From assembly GCF_009914755.1 (NCBI RefSeq), contig NC_060947.1: a DNA stretch of 64,000 nucleotides, one strand, 5' to 3'. Source of the DNA: the human T2T-CHM13v2.0 reference genome, Homo sapiens. Below the pieces are notes generated by a model. The model made no database searches and was not told where the DNA came from. It saw only the letters and a program-made list of their open reading frames with translations. Shown here in pieces: positions 15,501 to 28,109 of the stretch. Each line of letters starts with the position of its first letter. Positions within the stretch are counted from its first letter, which is position 1. The translations under genes and the position numbers were made by a program.

Positions 15501-15970
15501 ATAAGGAAAAGTGGTGGGGTCTTTTAGCCTGATTTAGACTGGGCGGGCATTTTTTGCCCTTCCAAATTGTCCTTCCAATGCCCAAACTTCAGGGTTCATT
15601 CCCTCCTCAAGCAGGGGACAACAAATGGGTAACTTGTTACCCACATTCATGTAGATAATAGCTCCAGCTTTGGCTAATATGTCCCTCCCTAATAAGGGTG
15701 TGAGACTTTCAGGCATAATGAGAAAGGCATGTGAAAAGAGCAAAGTCTCCCAATTACAACTGAGGAGGTGGGAGAAATACCTGGTTACAGCTATCCCAGG
15801 ATTCCTTGGATGGTAACGGACTTTGAGGACAGCTGTCCCGGACAGGAGAGTAACACTGAGAAAGCCATGCCAGTGTCCAGGGGGAAGTCAATTTCCTAGC
15901 CCTCAATGGTTAAATGTACCCAGGGCCCAGTGAGGGTGGTGACATGAGCTGGCGCTTGCTCCGGGCACCC
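15501..15970 (-). pseudogene. pro: Protease remnant
   Basis: LDTG at 15869-15880; PLLGRDILAK motif; follows the gag TGA at 15971-15973. Confidence 0.9.
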
Positions 15971-17430
15971 TCAGTCCTATTGTTGAATCATCTGGTTGTG
16001 GGCTCCTGGCCCAGAGAACCTTTGTCTTCTGGGGCAGTGCGCCTTCTAGTGATTACTTCAGCATAGTGGGCAAGGGCAAGGGGGCAGCTTGTTTCTTGTT
16101 GGACAATCTTTTTTAAAGTATCCTTGCCAACCACACTGATAACAAGCCACACCAGTTGATTGGCCTGCTCCATTTTCTATCCTCTCTGAACCAGCAAGGT
16201 TTGTTTGTCTGAGGGCTATGACTTAGGCTGCAGCCTTTCTCTGATCTCGCTTTTCCTTTTTGGCCTGTTCCTCTTGGTCCCTATTATAGAACACCGAGGT
16301 TGCCAGTTTTAATAATTCCTCCAGATTTTGTTCAGGGCCCAGTGCTTGCTTTTGGAGCTTTTTCCTGATATCTGTGGCTGATTGGGTAATAAACTTATCT
16401 TTTAGGCTCAATTGACCCTCAAGGGAGTCAGGTGATACGGGAGTGTATTTTTCTAAGGCCTTCCATAGCCACTCGAGGAAGGCAGAAGGATTTGCTTCCT
16501 TTCCCTGAGTTATGGTGGACATCATTGAATAATTTATGGGCTTTTTCCTAATTCTCCTTAGTCCTTCTATAACACAGGTCAGCAGGTGTTTATGACTCCA
16601 GTCCCCATGATCTGAGTCGAGGTCCCAGTGGGGATCCATACTGGGGACGGCTTGCTGACCAGTAGGGAATTTGTCCCTTTCTTTGGTTATCATTCTATCA
16701 TTTACTTGACTAAGATACCGGGTATCTCCAAACTCTTGGGCTGCAGCTAAATCCGCATTCTTTTCATTAAAGGCCAGGGTTTGATCTAACAATAGCATGA
16801 CATCTCTCCATGTGAGGTCGAAGCTTTGCCCTAGACCATGTAGGACATCTATATACCTATCAGGATTGTCTGAAAACTTCCCCAGGTCTACCCTGATCTG
16901 CTTTAAATCAGAGAGAGAGAAGGGGACATGTACCCTGGTTGGGCCAAATTCCCCTCCCCCTACAGCTTGAAGGGGACAAAACTGATAGACAGGAGGTTTT
17001 GTGGTCCTTTGGAGATTTCTTTGTTTGTTTCCTTCTGGGCAGGGGAGATTAGAGGAGGAGTATCATCAATAGGAAGGGGAGCTATCGGGAGGCTAGGATA
17101 TGGGAGTAAGTTGAGAGGTCCTCTTGTGGGATGTAAATTGCAAGCTTTGCATAGTTGTGGATTATCCTTCAATGAAAAGAAAGCTTGGACAGAAGGTAGT
17201 TAACTCCATTTGCCTTCCCTCTTACAGAAAAGGTCAAGCTGCAGGATAGTATTGTAATTTATACTTCCCTCAGGTGGCCATTTTTCCCCATCAGAGAGCG
17301 AATATTGGGGCCAGGCCATAGTGCAGAAAAAAATAAGCTGCTTCTTTTTCAGGGTTTTTGGGTCAAATTGGTCCCAATGGCATAGGATGCATTTCAAGGG
17401 TGAGCCTGTTGATGCCTGAGTGTTTCCCAT
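15971..17430 (-). pseudogene. gag: gag remnant with two decayed zinc knuckles
   Basis: [16 protein letters not shown] start at 17430; ITQGKEANPSAFLEWL (MHR region); CYQCGWQGYFKKDC and CPLC*SNH*KAHC. Confidence 0.93.
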
Positions 17431-17559
17431 CTGAAAGAAAAAACTGCCTGCGGTTCTGATTTGTTTTTCCCCCACCACCCAAGAACCCACAACAGTCTTT
17501 GGACCCTGCTCACAGGAATAGTTGCGCTCACTGACACAGCAGCAGAAACCCCTCTCCGC

Positions 17560-17718
17560 TTAGACCACAAAGAGGACTGAGGAAGGTCGGATTTAGTGGC
17601 CCTTACCAATGCATTCTCAAAAAACCTGCACCCTTGCCTTTCCTGTTAGACCACAAACAGGACCAAGAAAAATCAGATTTAGTGGCCCTTACCGACATAT
17701 TCTCAAAAACCTGTTAGA
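17560..17718. repeat. ~86-bp imperfect tandem duplication in the proviral leader
   Basis: ttagaccacaaa..gga....g.a..tc.gatttagtggcccttacc...attctcaaaaa at 17560 and 17646. Confidence 0.9.
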
Positions 17719-18593
17719 GTCCTAAGCATTTTTTCCTGCTAGTATTGGGACCTTACCCTTGTCCTATAAAGATGTTAGGCCTCAAAATGGAGGGGAGGGC
17801 CATACCCTGAGGGAAGGAAGGGATCTCCAGGGTTGGAAGAGTGACACCTTTTGTCCTCACTTCTCATCATATGAATAGGAAGGATATCATTTCTGAGGCT
17901 CACCATATCCTAGCTTTGGGAATAGCCTTTGTTAAGACTGCTACTTTGAGGAGGGATCCTAAAATTCCAGATAGTAACCCTGCCCCCACCCCCCCGACAG
18001 GGCTTTGGGCAAAAATTATGCCTTTCTGATTGGTAAGCCCAGGTGCCTAAGGAAGGGAACAGAGTTCTGAAATTTACAGTAGAAATCATTCTTATAGGAG
18101 AAACTAGAAAAGCACCAGAAACAGGCAGTGGTTTTTAGAAGCGGGACTAGCCTCGGAGAATAGAGGTGGGAGGAAGTTTGTCTGACAGGCATTAGGACCC
18201 AGGAGCCAAGGGTCAGGATAGGTAGGATAGATGGGCGAGTCTCGCTTGGGCGAGTGACTTTGAGAGTTCCTCTCATGGCTGCAGGGTCAACCATCTTTTT
18301 GTCCAGACCCCGGAGCTGAATGGCTTTCCTCTCCGTTGACCTTTGGCTCAGCCCAGAAGTACAGGAAAAGTGGAAGCTGGTTAGAGGCAAACCAGGCTCC
18401 CAACTTCGAAGAGTCAGGGGTTGTTAGAGAGCCCTTTCCCAGAAAGCCTGACATCCGTGTCTTTAGTCTGGCAGCTGCACTAGTTGCTTCTAACTGGCTG
18501 ACAGATGCCCGGCCTTTAGCCCCCAAATTCTAAGGAAAAATAGGACAGAATAGCAAGCAAAAGTGTTCCAATGGTACTCACCACTTGGCGATA

Positions 18594-18611
18594 GTCCCTT
18601 TGTGGTCGCCA
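18594..18611 (-). promoter_or_regulatory. Primer-binding site, tRNA-Arg
   Basis: TGGCGACCACAAAGGGAC, 3 nt after the 5' LTR; complementary to a tRNA-Arg(TCG) 3' end (GTCCCTTCGTGGTCGCCA, recalled) with one CpG-type mismatch. Confidence 0.88.
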
Positions 18612-18614
18612 AGA

Positions 18615-19120
18615 TGTGTCTGGAGTTGGTTCCTTCTGGTGGGTTCTTGGTCTTGCTGACTTCAAGAGTGAAGCTGTGGACCTTCGCAGTGAGTGTTACA
18701 GCTCTTAAAGGTGGCATGGACCCAAAGGGTGAGCAGCAGCAAGATTTATTGTGAAGAGAGAAAGAACAAAGCTTCCACAGCGTGGAAGGGGACCCAAGCA
18801 GGTTGCCACTACTCGCTGGGGTGACCAGCTTTTATTCCCTTATTTGTCCCTGCCCACATCCTACTGATTGGTCCATTTTACAGAGTGCTGATTGGTCCAT
18901 TTTACAAACCTCTAGCTAGCCACAGAGTGCTGAGTGGTGCGTTTTTACAAAGCACAGATTGGCACATTTTACAGACCTCTAGCTAGCTACAGAGCACTGA
19001 TTGGTGCGTTTTATAATCCTAGCTACAGAGTGCTGATTGGTCCATTTTACAATTCTCTCGTAAGACAGAAAAGTTCTCCAAGTTGCCACCCTACCCAGAA
19101 GTCCAACTGGCTTCACCTCA
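18615..19120 (-). repeat. 5' LTR, short LTR12 (506 bp), with CCAAT (NF-Y-type) repeats
   Basis: Homologous to 11577-12096; 31 mismatches in the first 240 aligned nt by hand count, mostly transitions. Confidence 0.93.
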
Positions 19121-19445
19121 CTAAGAGTCCAACAAAGTGGCAAAAATCAGCATATTGCCTGTAGAACAGCAGAAATCACTGAGGGTATATGATGGACCTG
19201 TTCAATTCATGCTAATATGAAATTAAAATACCTGGAAATAAAATTATAGAGGGCCTACATGAAGATAGATGTCACAAAGACCATATGTCACTAAAGGCCA
19301 TACAAGGAGTTCTGGTTATACATTTAAACATAAAATGAAAACATAGATTGACTAAAAGAAACATAAGTAAATATTTTTGTAATCTCAGGATGGATAACTG
19401 TATCATACTTCTAAGTGTTACAAAAAGCATATGTTAAAAAGCAAA

Positions 19446-19799
19446 AACTAATAGATTTGACTACATAATCTTAAAAATCGTTATATGGTACATACACTAT
19501 TTACCACATAATCGTTATATGGTAAATACACTATTTACCACATAATCGTTATATGGTAAATACACTATTTACCACATAATCGTTATATGGTAAATACACT
19601 ATTTACCATATAATCGTTATATGGTAAATACAAAATTTGAAAAGATGGGGAAAATATTTTCAACATATATGTCAACTAATAGATTTGACTACATAATCTT
19701 AAAAATCGTTATATGGTAAATACACTATTTACCATATAATCGTTATATGGTAAATACAAAATTTCAAAAGATGGGGAAAATATTTTCAACATATATGTC
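19446..19799. repeat. 126-bp tandem duplication containing a palindromic 34-bp minisatellite
   Basis: Unit AATCGTTATATGGTAAATACACTATTTACCAYAT starts at 19476, 19510, 19544, 19578, 19612 (partial), 19704 and 19738 (partial). Confidence 0.97.
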
Positions 19800-20439
19800 A
19801 AAAATGGTGTTAATACCCTTAACATATACTAAGCTCTTATAAATCAATAAAAAGCTAATTATTCTTATATGGAAATGGGTAAACAATCTTAATAAGCAAT
19901 TCACAAGAAAGAAAATAAATGCAAATTACTAGAAATCATATGAGAAAAATGTTCAACCTTACTTGAAATCAGATAAATGTATTTTTTTAAAAAAAGACAA
20001 CAGGCTAAAGAGAACAGCAGTATGTAGTATTGGCATAGGAATGGGGAAATGGGCACGTGTACAATTAGTGGGTAATAAAGTCAGGCAAGCTTTGTGTAAG
20101 ACATTTTGACTATGTCTTTAAAAAGTTTAAAAACATATTTATAGTCTTTAAAGGAATAATTCCATTTTCACTAATTTATCCCAAGGAAATAATTCTATAA
20201 ATATGCAATGTGTAATGTACAGGTATATTAATCATAATTATAATATTGTTTCTAATAGTAAACATTTGGAAACAACCTAAGTGTGCAGCAGTAGAGGACT
20301 GTCTAGGCAAATTATGGTATAACTTTAAAATAAGATATAATACAGTCATTAAAAATAATAATGTAGGGCTTATATTTATGGAAATGGAAATATGTACTTG
20401 ACAGATTATTAATTGAGAGAACAAGTTCCAGAGCACTAT

Positions 20440-21017
20440 TATATTAATTATCTTTTGCTTTCATAAGAAATCACACCAAAACTTAGCAGTTTAAAACAAC
20501 AAACATTTATTACACAGCTTTTGAGGGTCAGTAATCTGGGAGTTGCTTAGCTGGGTAGTTCTGGCTCAGAGTCCTTCATCAGTTCGCAGACAAGATGTTG
20601 ATCTGTTCTGTAAGCAATATGTTGGGTTGATGTTGATTTCAAGGCTTGACTTGTGTTGAAGAAACCACTTCCAAACTCATTCACATGGTTGTTGGCAGGT
20701 TTCAGTTTCTCTCCAGCTATTGGCCAGAGTCTTCTTTTCCTTGCCACATGAGGCAAGTAATAGGCTACCTGATTGTCCTCATGACATGGCAGCTGACAAC
20801 CCCTAGAGTTAGGAATCCAAAAGAGAGTAGGGACACGGTCAAAGAAGGAAGCCACAGTCTTCTATAATTTAATCTCCTAAGGATCATGACATTACTTCAT
20901 TTATATGATATTTGTCACACAGATCAACCCTGTTACAATGTGGGAGGGAATTATACAAGGGTGTTAATACCAGGAGATGGGATCATGGGGAGTCACCTTG
21001 AAGGCTGGACGCTACAA
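20440..21017 (-). mobile_element. MaLR LTR (MLT1F-like)
   Basis: aaaacttagcagtttaaaacaacaaacatttatt...gcttagctgggtagttctggctcag...gtgttaataccaggagatgggatcatgggg. Confidence 0.8.
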
Positions 21018-21230
21018 CTATGTGTGCTATGATATAATTTTGTAGAAAAATATGCACATATTTATGAGTATGAAGATGTAGAGGAAAAAGAGACATCAAA
21101 ATGTCAAGAATGTTTATGATGAGATTATAGATATTTTAAAACTTAGTTTCTTTTTTATCAGTTTTCCAATTTTTATGATGAAAATGGATTACTGATGTTT
21201 GATAAAACCAGCAACCATTTATTTTGTACT

Positions 21231-21481
21231 ATTTTATTTTATTTTCCGAGATGGAGTCTCGCTCTGTCACCCAGACTGGAGTGCAGTTGTGCAATCTCAG
21301 CTCACTACAACCTCCGCCTCCCAGACTACAGGCATGTGCCACCACACCCAGCTAATTTTTTTTTTTTTTTTTTTGTATTTTTAGTAGAGACGGGGTTTCG
21401 CCATGTTGACCAGACTGGTCTTGAACTCCTGGGCTCAAGTGATCCACCTGCCTCAGCCTCCCAAAGTGGTGGGATTACAGA
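21231..21481 (-). mobile_element. AluS/J-like element with internal ~40-bp deletion and short 5' truncation
   Basis: cctccgcctccca joined directly to gactacaggc; TSD ATTTTGTACT 21221-21230/21485-21494. Confidence 0.92.
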
Positions 21482-21504
21482 CCCATTTTGTACTTTTTTT
21501 TCTA

Positions 21505-22165
21505 AAGAAAAAGGAGCTGGGCGTGGAAATACAGTGTGTATAGACTATTCTTTCAAAAGGTCTGGTAGTCAAGGGAAGACAGAGAGGTAAAGTCTTTAGT
21601 TTTGGAAATAGTCATGGTTGATTACTGTGTTTTTTTAAAGGAAAAATGTGTTTGTGGGCTGAGGGGAAGGATCTGCAGGAGAGGTCAAGGTCAGAAACAG
21701 GAGAGAAAAGGGATCATTGATGGATTTGTGAGGGAGTATGCTTCAACGTAGAGGTGGAGACAGTTGTCACGATTGCAGTGAGCAATAATGAAAGGGTAGA
21801 TATGTAAACCCATTGGCCTTACACATGAGAATGTGTACGACTTGGACAGGACATACTAGCATTGGTCAACAATAGTTAGGCTTGAATTGGAGTGGAAACA
21901 CACATGCCTCTCAAATATGAAAGGAGGAAAAAATTGAGTGCCATTATAAATGTTAGAGTATTAAGGCAGGAAAGTTGATGACGTTTACACTTAATGGTTC
22001 CCTTTTCTTCACTGATAAAGGAAGCAAAGCATTCTGTGGAGTCTAACTGTGATGGGTAAAAGACCTAGAGAGGGTTTTGCAAATTTAAAACATCTGTTGT
22101 TTGTAATGGGAAAGAGCACCAACCAGGGAAAGGATTGTAGAAAAAACTTGAGAGCCCAGATGATA
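21505..22165 (-). mobile_element. L2 LINE, right part (collinear with 260-2635)
   Basis: ggaaatacagtgtgtatagactattctttcaaaaggtctgg...aagggaagacagagagg continues the L2 consensus where the left part stops. Confidence 0.7.
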
Positions 22166-22603
22166 ATATTTGTGTCTCTCTCGTGTCATCTTTAAATTCA
22201 AAGAACATTACTAACTCTAATGTGTAATAATGTTCATCTGTTAATCATTAAAATGTTTGCTACCTTTCATGTTATTGGCAAGCCTCTGGGGTGGCTTTAC
22301 GTATTTTTGAAAATTATAATGAGTTAATGTAACATGTTTTCATAGCATTTCTCCTTACTACTTGCTAGGTTGGCTTTCTTGAATTATATTTATAGAAGGC
22401 CCATGATGTATCTAACTTTAATTTTACAATGAGAGTTATTAGTCCCTATTTGGAGCCAAACCAAAAGCAAAGTTGTGGTCTTCTTTTCCAAATGGCCACC
22501 AATATAGGATCTTTTCAAGGATACTTTATGTAGGCAACATGAAATAGTTTCAGGTGGAAAAGCCTGCGTTACACAGATCAAGAGTTTGCACATAAGTACA
22601 TAA

Positions 22604-22921
<318 letters not shown>

Positions 22922-23156
22922 GGGGTTTTTTTTTTTTTTTTAGCACTTGGAAGATCATAAGCATTTAAGACAAGTCCTCAAGGTTAGTAGTTTCCATTTT
23001 TCTAGAAAAAAAAACACGCCAAAACCTTATGTTACTGAAGAACACAAAAGACACTAAATACCTAAGTGTAGTGGCCGAAAAGTATGTTAAAAATTCTTTT
23101 CAGCAAATTGAAACATCACTCTTTTCCTGCCGCATAAAGACATGGAATTTGACATA

Positions 23157-23637
23157 CAGTGAAAATTATGTATGTGCATTTCAGTCCCTCTGTAAAACTT
23201 ACTGGCTGATGCCCAGGGCACTCTGAATGCTTACACTTAGTAAGTGCCTCTTTATTAAGCCAGAATGCTCTTGCTGCCACTAGTTGAGAGATATGAGTCA
23301 ACATACAGTTATATAAACTGGGGCCTACCAGAGGGTGGAGGTTGGGAGGAGGGATAGGATCAGAAAAAAATAACTAATGGGTACTGGGCTTAATACATGG
23401 GTGATGAAATAATCTGTAAAACAAATGCCCATGACACAGGTTTACCTATATAACAAACCTGCACATGTACCCCTGAACTTAACATAAAAGTTAAAAAAGA
23501 TAGTTGTATTTATTCCCAAAGTTAAGTCAATTGAACCTAATTTTGTAATTCTATACTTCAATTTTAGTATTATGAAAACCAATGAAACCATGACTATGAA
23601 AATGAAATTATTGTTTCTATAAAAACTAAGTTGAATG
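23157..23637 (+). mobile_element. Tigger-family DNA transposon (Tigger8-like), left part
   Basis: ta-cagt start; ttgtttctataaaaactaagttgaatg resembles the recalled transposase N-terminal DNA. Confidence 0.6.
23317..23498 (+). mobile_element. L1PA15/16-like 3' tip
   Basis: ggggcctaccagagggtggag...gatcagaaaaaaataactaatgggtact...gcacatgtacccctgaacttaa. Confidence 0.9.
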
Positions 23638-25150
23638 AAAAATTTAGGAATGAATAAAATAATGGGCTTATAATACAGCAGAAATTAATAAGATAATTTT
23701 ATGAAGTACCTTATGCTGATACACTAACAACAAAAAGAACAAATTTCTAGAAAAGTATAAATTATGAAAGATAACTAAATAAATTTATTAACTATGATAA
23801 CATTTAAGGAACTTATTCACTGGTTGAAAATCTCTCCATAGGTAAAACAGGAGATCAGAAGGTTTAATAATTGTACATAAAGTATTTTAGAGGACAGAAA
23901 AAGAGGCAACCCTTCTCAAATTATTTTATGAGGTTAGTATGTAACCATGATAACAAATCAGAGAAGTACAATATATGTTAGAGGAATTATAGGTTAAACT
24001 CACCCATTAATATAGGTAAAATATTTTTTAAAATATTAACAAATTGATTTCAGTAACATCTTAAAAGATAGTTCATTAAGATCCAGATGGGCTTATTTCA
24101 GACATGCATGGTCTTATTTCAGAACTGCTAGGAAAAGAAACTTTAGGTTCCTTTGTGAGAATTCTTTATCTATGCAATTAATACATTAGAAAATCTATTA
24201 ATATAATTCACCACATATTATCACAATAGATACAGTAAAAGCATTTAATAAAATTTAACATATATTCATAATAAAAATCAGCCCTTAGCAAGCTAGGCAT
24301 AGAAGGAAATATTTTAAATTTGATTAAGGAGATTTTAAAAACCTAATACAAACATTATACTTAATGTTTGAATTCCAAATGCATCCGTTTGAGACAGGGA
24401 TGCCACTAACTCCACTTCTATCCAATAGTTTATAGGAAGAAAGGAAATCAGTATATCAAAGAGATATCTGCACTCCCATGTGTTTTGCAGCACTGTTCAT
24501 AATAGCCAAAGTATGGAATCAACCTAAGTGTCCATCAACAGATGAATGGATAAAGAAAATGTAGTACATATACATAATGGAGTAGTATTCAGCCATAAAA
24601 ATAATGAGATCCTGTTATTTGCAACAACATGGATTGAACTGGAGGTCATTATGTTAAGTGAAGTAAGCCAGGCACAGAAAGACAAATATCACATGTTTTC
24701 ACTTGTCTGTGGGAGTTAAAAATTAAAACAATTGAACTCATGGAGATTGAAAGTAGAAAGATGGTTACCAGAGCCTGGGAAGGGGAGTGGGGAGGTGAGG
24801 GAAGGCGAGGGATGGTTAAGGGGTACAAAAAATAGTTAGAAAGAATAAATAAGACCTAGTATTTGATAGCATAAACAATTTTTTACTATAGGTGACTATA
24901 GTAAAAAATACTTGTACATTTTAAAATAATTAAGACTATAATTGGATTATATGAAACACAAAGGAAAAATGGTTGAGGTGAATAAATACCCTAAAAATAT
25001 AGTTGATAGGATATGCAAGCCAGAAGAGTAAGACAAGGTAAAGAAACGGAAGTTATAACAAAGTTCAAAAGAAACAAAACTATTTTTTCTAAGATTGTAT
25101 CCATTAGAGATTATATTAGATTATACCTGAGAAAATTAGTATATCTATCA
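23638..25150 (+). mobile_element. Old L1M ORF2 fragment containing an L1MA2-like 3' fragment (24437-24997)
   Basis: ORF2-like DNA; insert gagatatctgcactcccatg...aagacctagtatttgatagc bounded by ATAGTT(T/G)ATAGGA repeats. Confidence 0.75.
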
Positions 25151-25757
25151 ATTTTATGTGTTTATATGCCTGTATATTGTATGACACCTTATTTTCTAGA
25201 AATAATGACTGTCAATTTATTATTTATTTTTAAATTTTTCAATATCTATTGTAATTTTAATTGGTAGAGGTAAAATTTTAACCTTTGTTAATTAGGAGAA
25301 ACTTGCTTTCTATAAAGTCAGTATATTTTTCTTTCATAATAGTAAAGTAAAAATATATAAATATACAAAGCACTAATGGCTCTGTGGAAGAATAACTTAC
25401 AGCAGTTCAAGTTGCAATACACTGATTTTTAAAAACCCAATATATTCCCTTCTTTTTCAAACATTAGAGCCTGAGACCAAGAAAGGGTCATAATAAAATA
25501 TTATCCAACCAAATCAGAACTAAACTCTTCTTTGCCAATAATGTTTTTGTAGCCTCTTAGCAGTTACCAAATGCTACTTACATACATTCAACATCTAACT
25601 TACTGGCATGATTTCAAATTTGTTTATAAAAATGAGAAACTTTGAAGATATGCAACTACAAGTTACACAAATTGCATTAAATTAAACACAAACACAGTGT
25701 GATCCTTATAGGACAAGTCAAGTCAGGTAGAAATGTTCTATAAAAATGTGTCACATT

Positions 25758-27156
25758 TCCTAGGCTTTCTTCTAGAGCTTTTGTGGTTTGGGGTTTCACA
25801 TTTAAGTCTTTAATCCATCTTGAGTTAATTTTTGTATACAGTGTAAAGAAGGGGTCCAGTTTCAGTTTTCTGCATATGGCTAGCCAGTTTTCCCAGCACC
25901 ATTTACTGAATAGGAGATCCTTTCCCCATTGCTTGTTTTTGTCAGGTTTGTCAAAGATCAAAGGTTGTAGATGTGTGGTGTTATTTCTGAGGTCTGTGTT
26001 CTCTTCCATTGGACTGTATGTCTGTTTTGGTACCAGTACCATGCTGTTTTGGTTACTGTAGCCTTGTAGTATAGCTTGAAGTCGGGTAGCATGATGCTCC
26101 AGCTTCAGGACATAGGCATGGACAAAGACTTTATGACGAAAGCACCAAAAGCTAGTGTAACAAAAGCCAAAATTGACAAATGGAATCTAATTAAACTAAA
26201 CAGCTTCTCACAGCAAAAGAAACTATCATCAGAGTGAACAGGCAATGTACACAATGGGAGAAAAATTTTCAAGTCTACCCATCTGACAAAGGTCTAATAT
26301 CCAGAATTAACAAGGACCTTAAACAAATTTACAAGAAAAAAAAAACCTCATAAAAAAGTGGGCAAAGGATATGAACAGACACTTCTCAAAAGAAGACATA
26401 CATATGAAAAAAGCTCAAAATCATTGACCATTAGAGATATGGAAATCAAAACCACAATCAGATACCATCTTATGCCAGTCAGAAAGAATGGTGATTATTA
26501 AAAGTCAAGAAACAATAGATGCTGGCGAGGCTGTGGAGAAATAGGAACACTTTTACACTGTTGGTGGGAATATAAATTAGTCCAACCATTGTGGAAGACA
26601 GTATGGCAATTCCTCAAGGATCTAGAACCAGAAATACCATTTAACCTAGCAATCTCATTACTGGGTATATACCCAAAGTAATATAAATCATTTTACTATA
26701 AAGATGCATGCACACGTATGTTTATTGCAGCACTATTTACAATAGCACAGTCATGGAACCAACCCAAACGCCCATCAATGATAGACTGGATAAAAAAAAA
26801 TGTGGTACATATACACCATGGAATATTATGCAACCATAAAATGGAATGAGATCATGTCCTTTGCAGGGACATTTTGGATGAAGCTGGAAGCCATCATTCT
26901 CAGCAAAATAAGACGGGAACAGAAAACCAATCATCTCATGTTCTCACTCATAAGTGGGAGTTGAACAATGAGAACACATGGACACAGGGAGGGGAACAAC
27001 TCACACCGGGCCGGTTGTTGGGGGGGAGGGGATTTGAGGGGAGGGAATTAGAGGACGGGTCAATAGGCACAGCAAACCACCATGGCACACCTATACCTAT
27101 GTAACAAACCTGCACGTTCTGCGCACGTATCCTGGAACTTAAAGAAAAAAAAATAA
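25758..27156 (+). mobile_element. 5'-inverted L1PA8A-like element (inverted part 25758-~26106)
   Basis: TSD GTGTCACATT 25748-25757/27157-27166; antisense ORF2, then sense ttcaggacataggcatg through to poly(A); ggaattagaggacgggtcaatagg 3'UTR signature. Confidence 0.95.
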
Positions 27157-27239
27157 GTGTCACATTGAAGCGTCAGTATTTTCTGTCAATTATCTGCCCT
27201 TGATGTATTTTCTTGGAGTATGTAATCTATTAAGAGTTC

Positions 27240-27548
<309 letters not shown>

Positions 27549-28109
27549 TAATCCAAAATATCTGACTGAATTTAGTTAAATCTAGAAAACAATTGCAAGG
27601 GTTTCCCTTATAGTCTGACATCACAGAAAGTGGATTAAGAAATCTTTCTTTACTTGAAGATGTACTGTTCTGCTTCCGTTATCAGCTCACAAAGGAAAAA
27701 GAAAAAAGTACCAATTAAAACCTTACCTCACACACACAATTCCACACAAGTTAAACAAAAACCACCACTCTCCCCACAAAACCGCAGCACCAAAGTGTCA
27801 ATCATTCTTGGAAAATAGAACATGCCCCTTGGATTATCTGATTTGTTAGTTGTTCAAACTTTAAGGACAGAAATGTCCTATGTCCTTATGGGGAAGAGAG
27901 AAGACATGTTAATAATGACTACAGAGCCATTGAGAAAGTCCTTTATCAATTGCACAATTAACTTAGACCCCTGCCCGCCCATGGAGGTGGTCACAACTTC
28001 ATTTAAATTCCTCAGTAATTGAACATTTACGTCTTTGGGATAAAGGAGATAGGGAAAAACAGAGCTACCAGTAGGGTGAATTTATTTAAACCAACCCCCC
28101 ATTTAAAGA

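Larger units (their letters stand above)
11577..19120 (-). mobile_element. ERV9 (HERV9/LTR12 family) defective provirus, ~7.5 kb
   Basis: Two homologous LTRs with TG...CA ends, PBS, PPT, and gag-pro-RT-RNaseH-env(TM) order on the minus strand. Confidence 0.96.
19121..21220 (+). mobile_element. Old L1ME ORF2 end/3'UTR, right part of the element begun at ~2645
   Basis: aaaatacctggaaataaa; gaaaaatgttcaaccttact; ttggaaacaacctaagtgt; aaattatggtata...tacagtcattaaaaat. Confidence 0.7.

Noticed and set aside
14949-16798. Longest gag and RT ORFs as functional proteins
   Set aside because: Fragmented by stops and frameshifts; catalytic YVDD is mutated to YVND.
19476-19632. CRISPR-like look of the 34-bp palindromic repeats
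   Set aside because: The units are head-to-tail with no unique spacers, there are no cas genes, and the context is a primate L1.
24960-25010. L1MA2 fragment ending early near AATAAA (premature polyadenylation?)
   Set aside because: Equally explained by a deletion between repeated TACCC words in the 3'UTR; cannot be distinguished from sequence alone.
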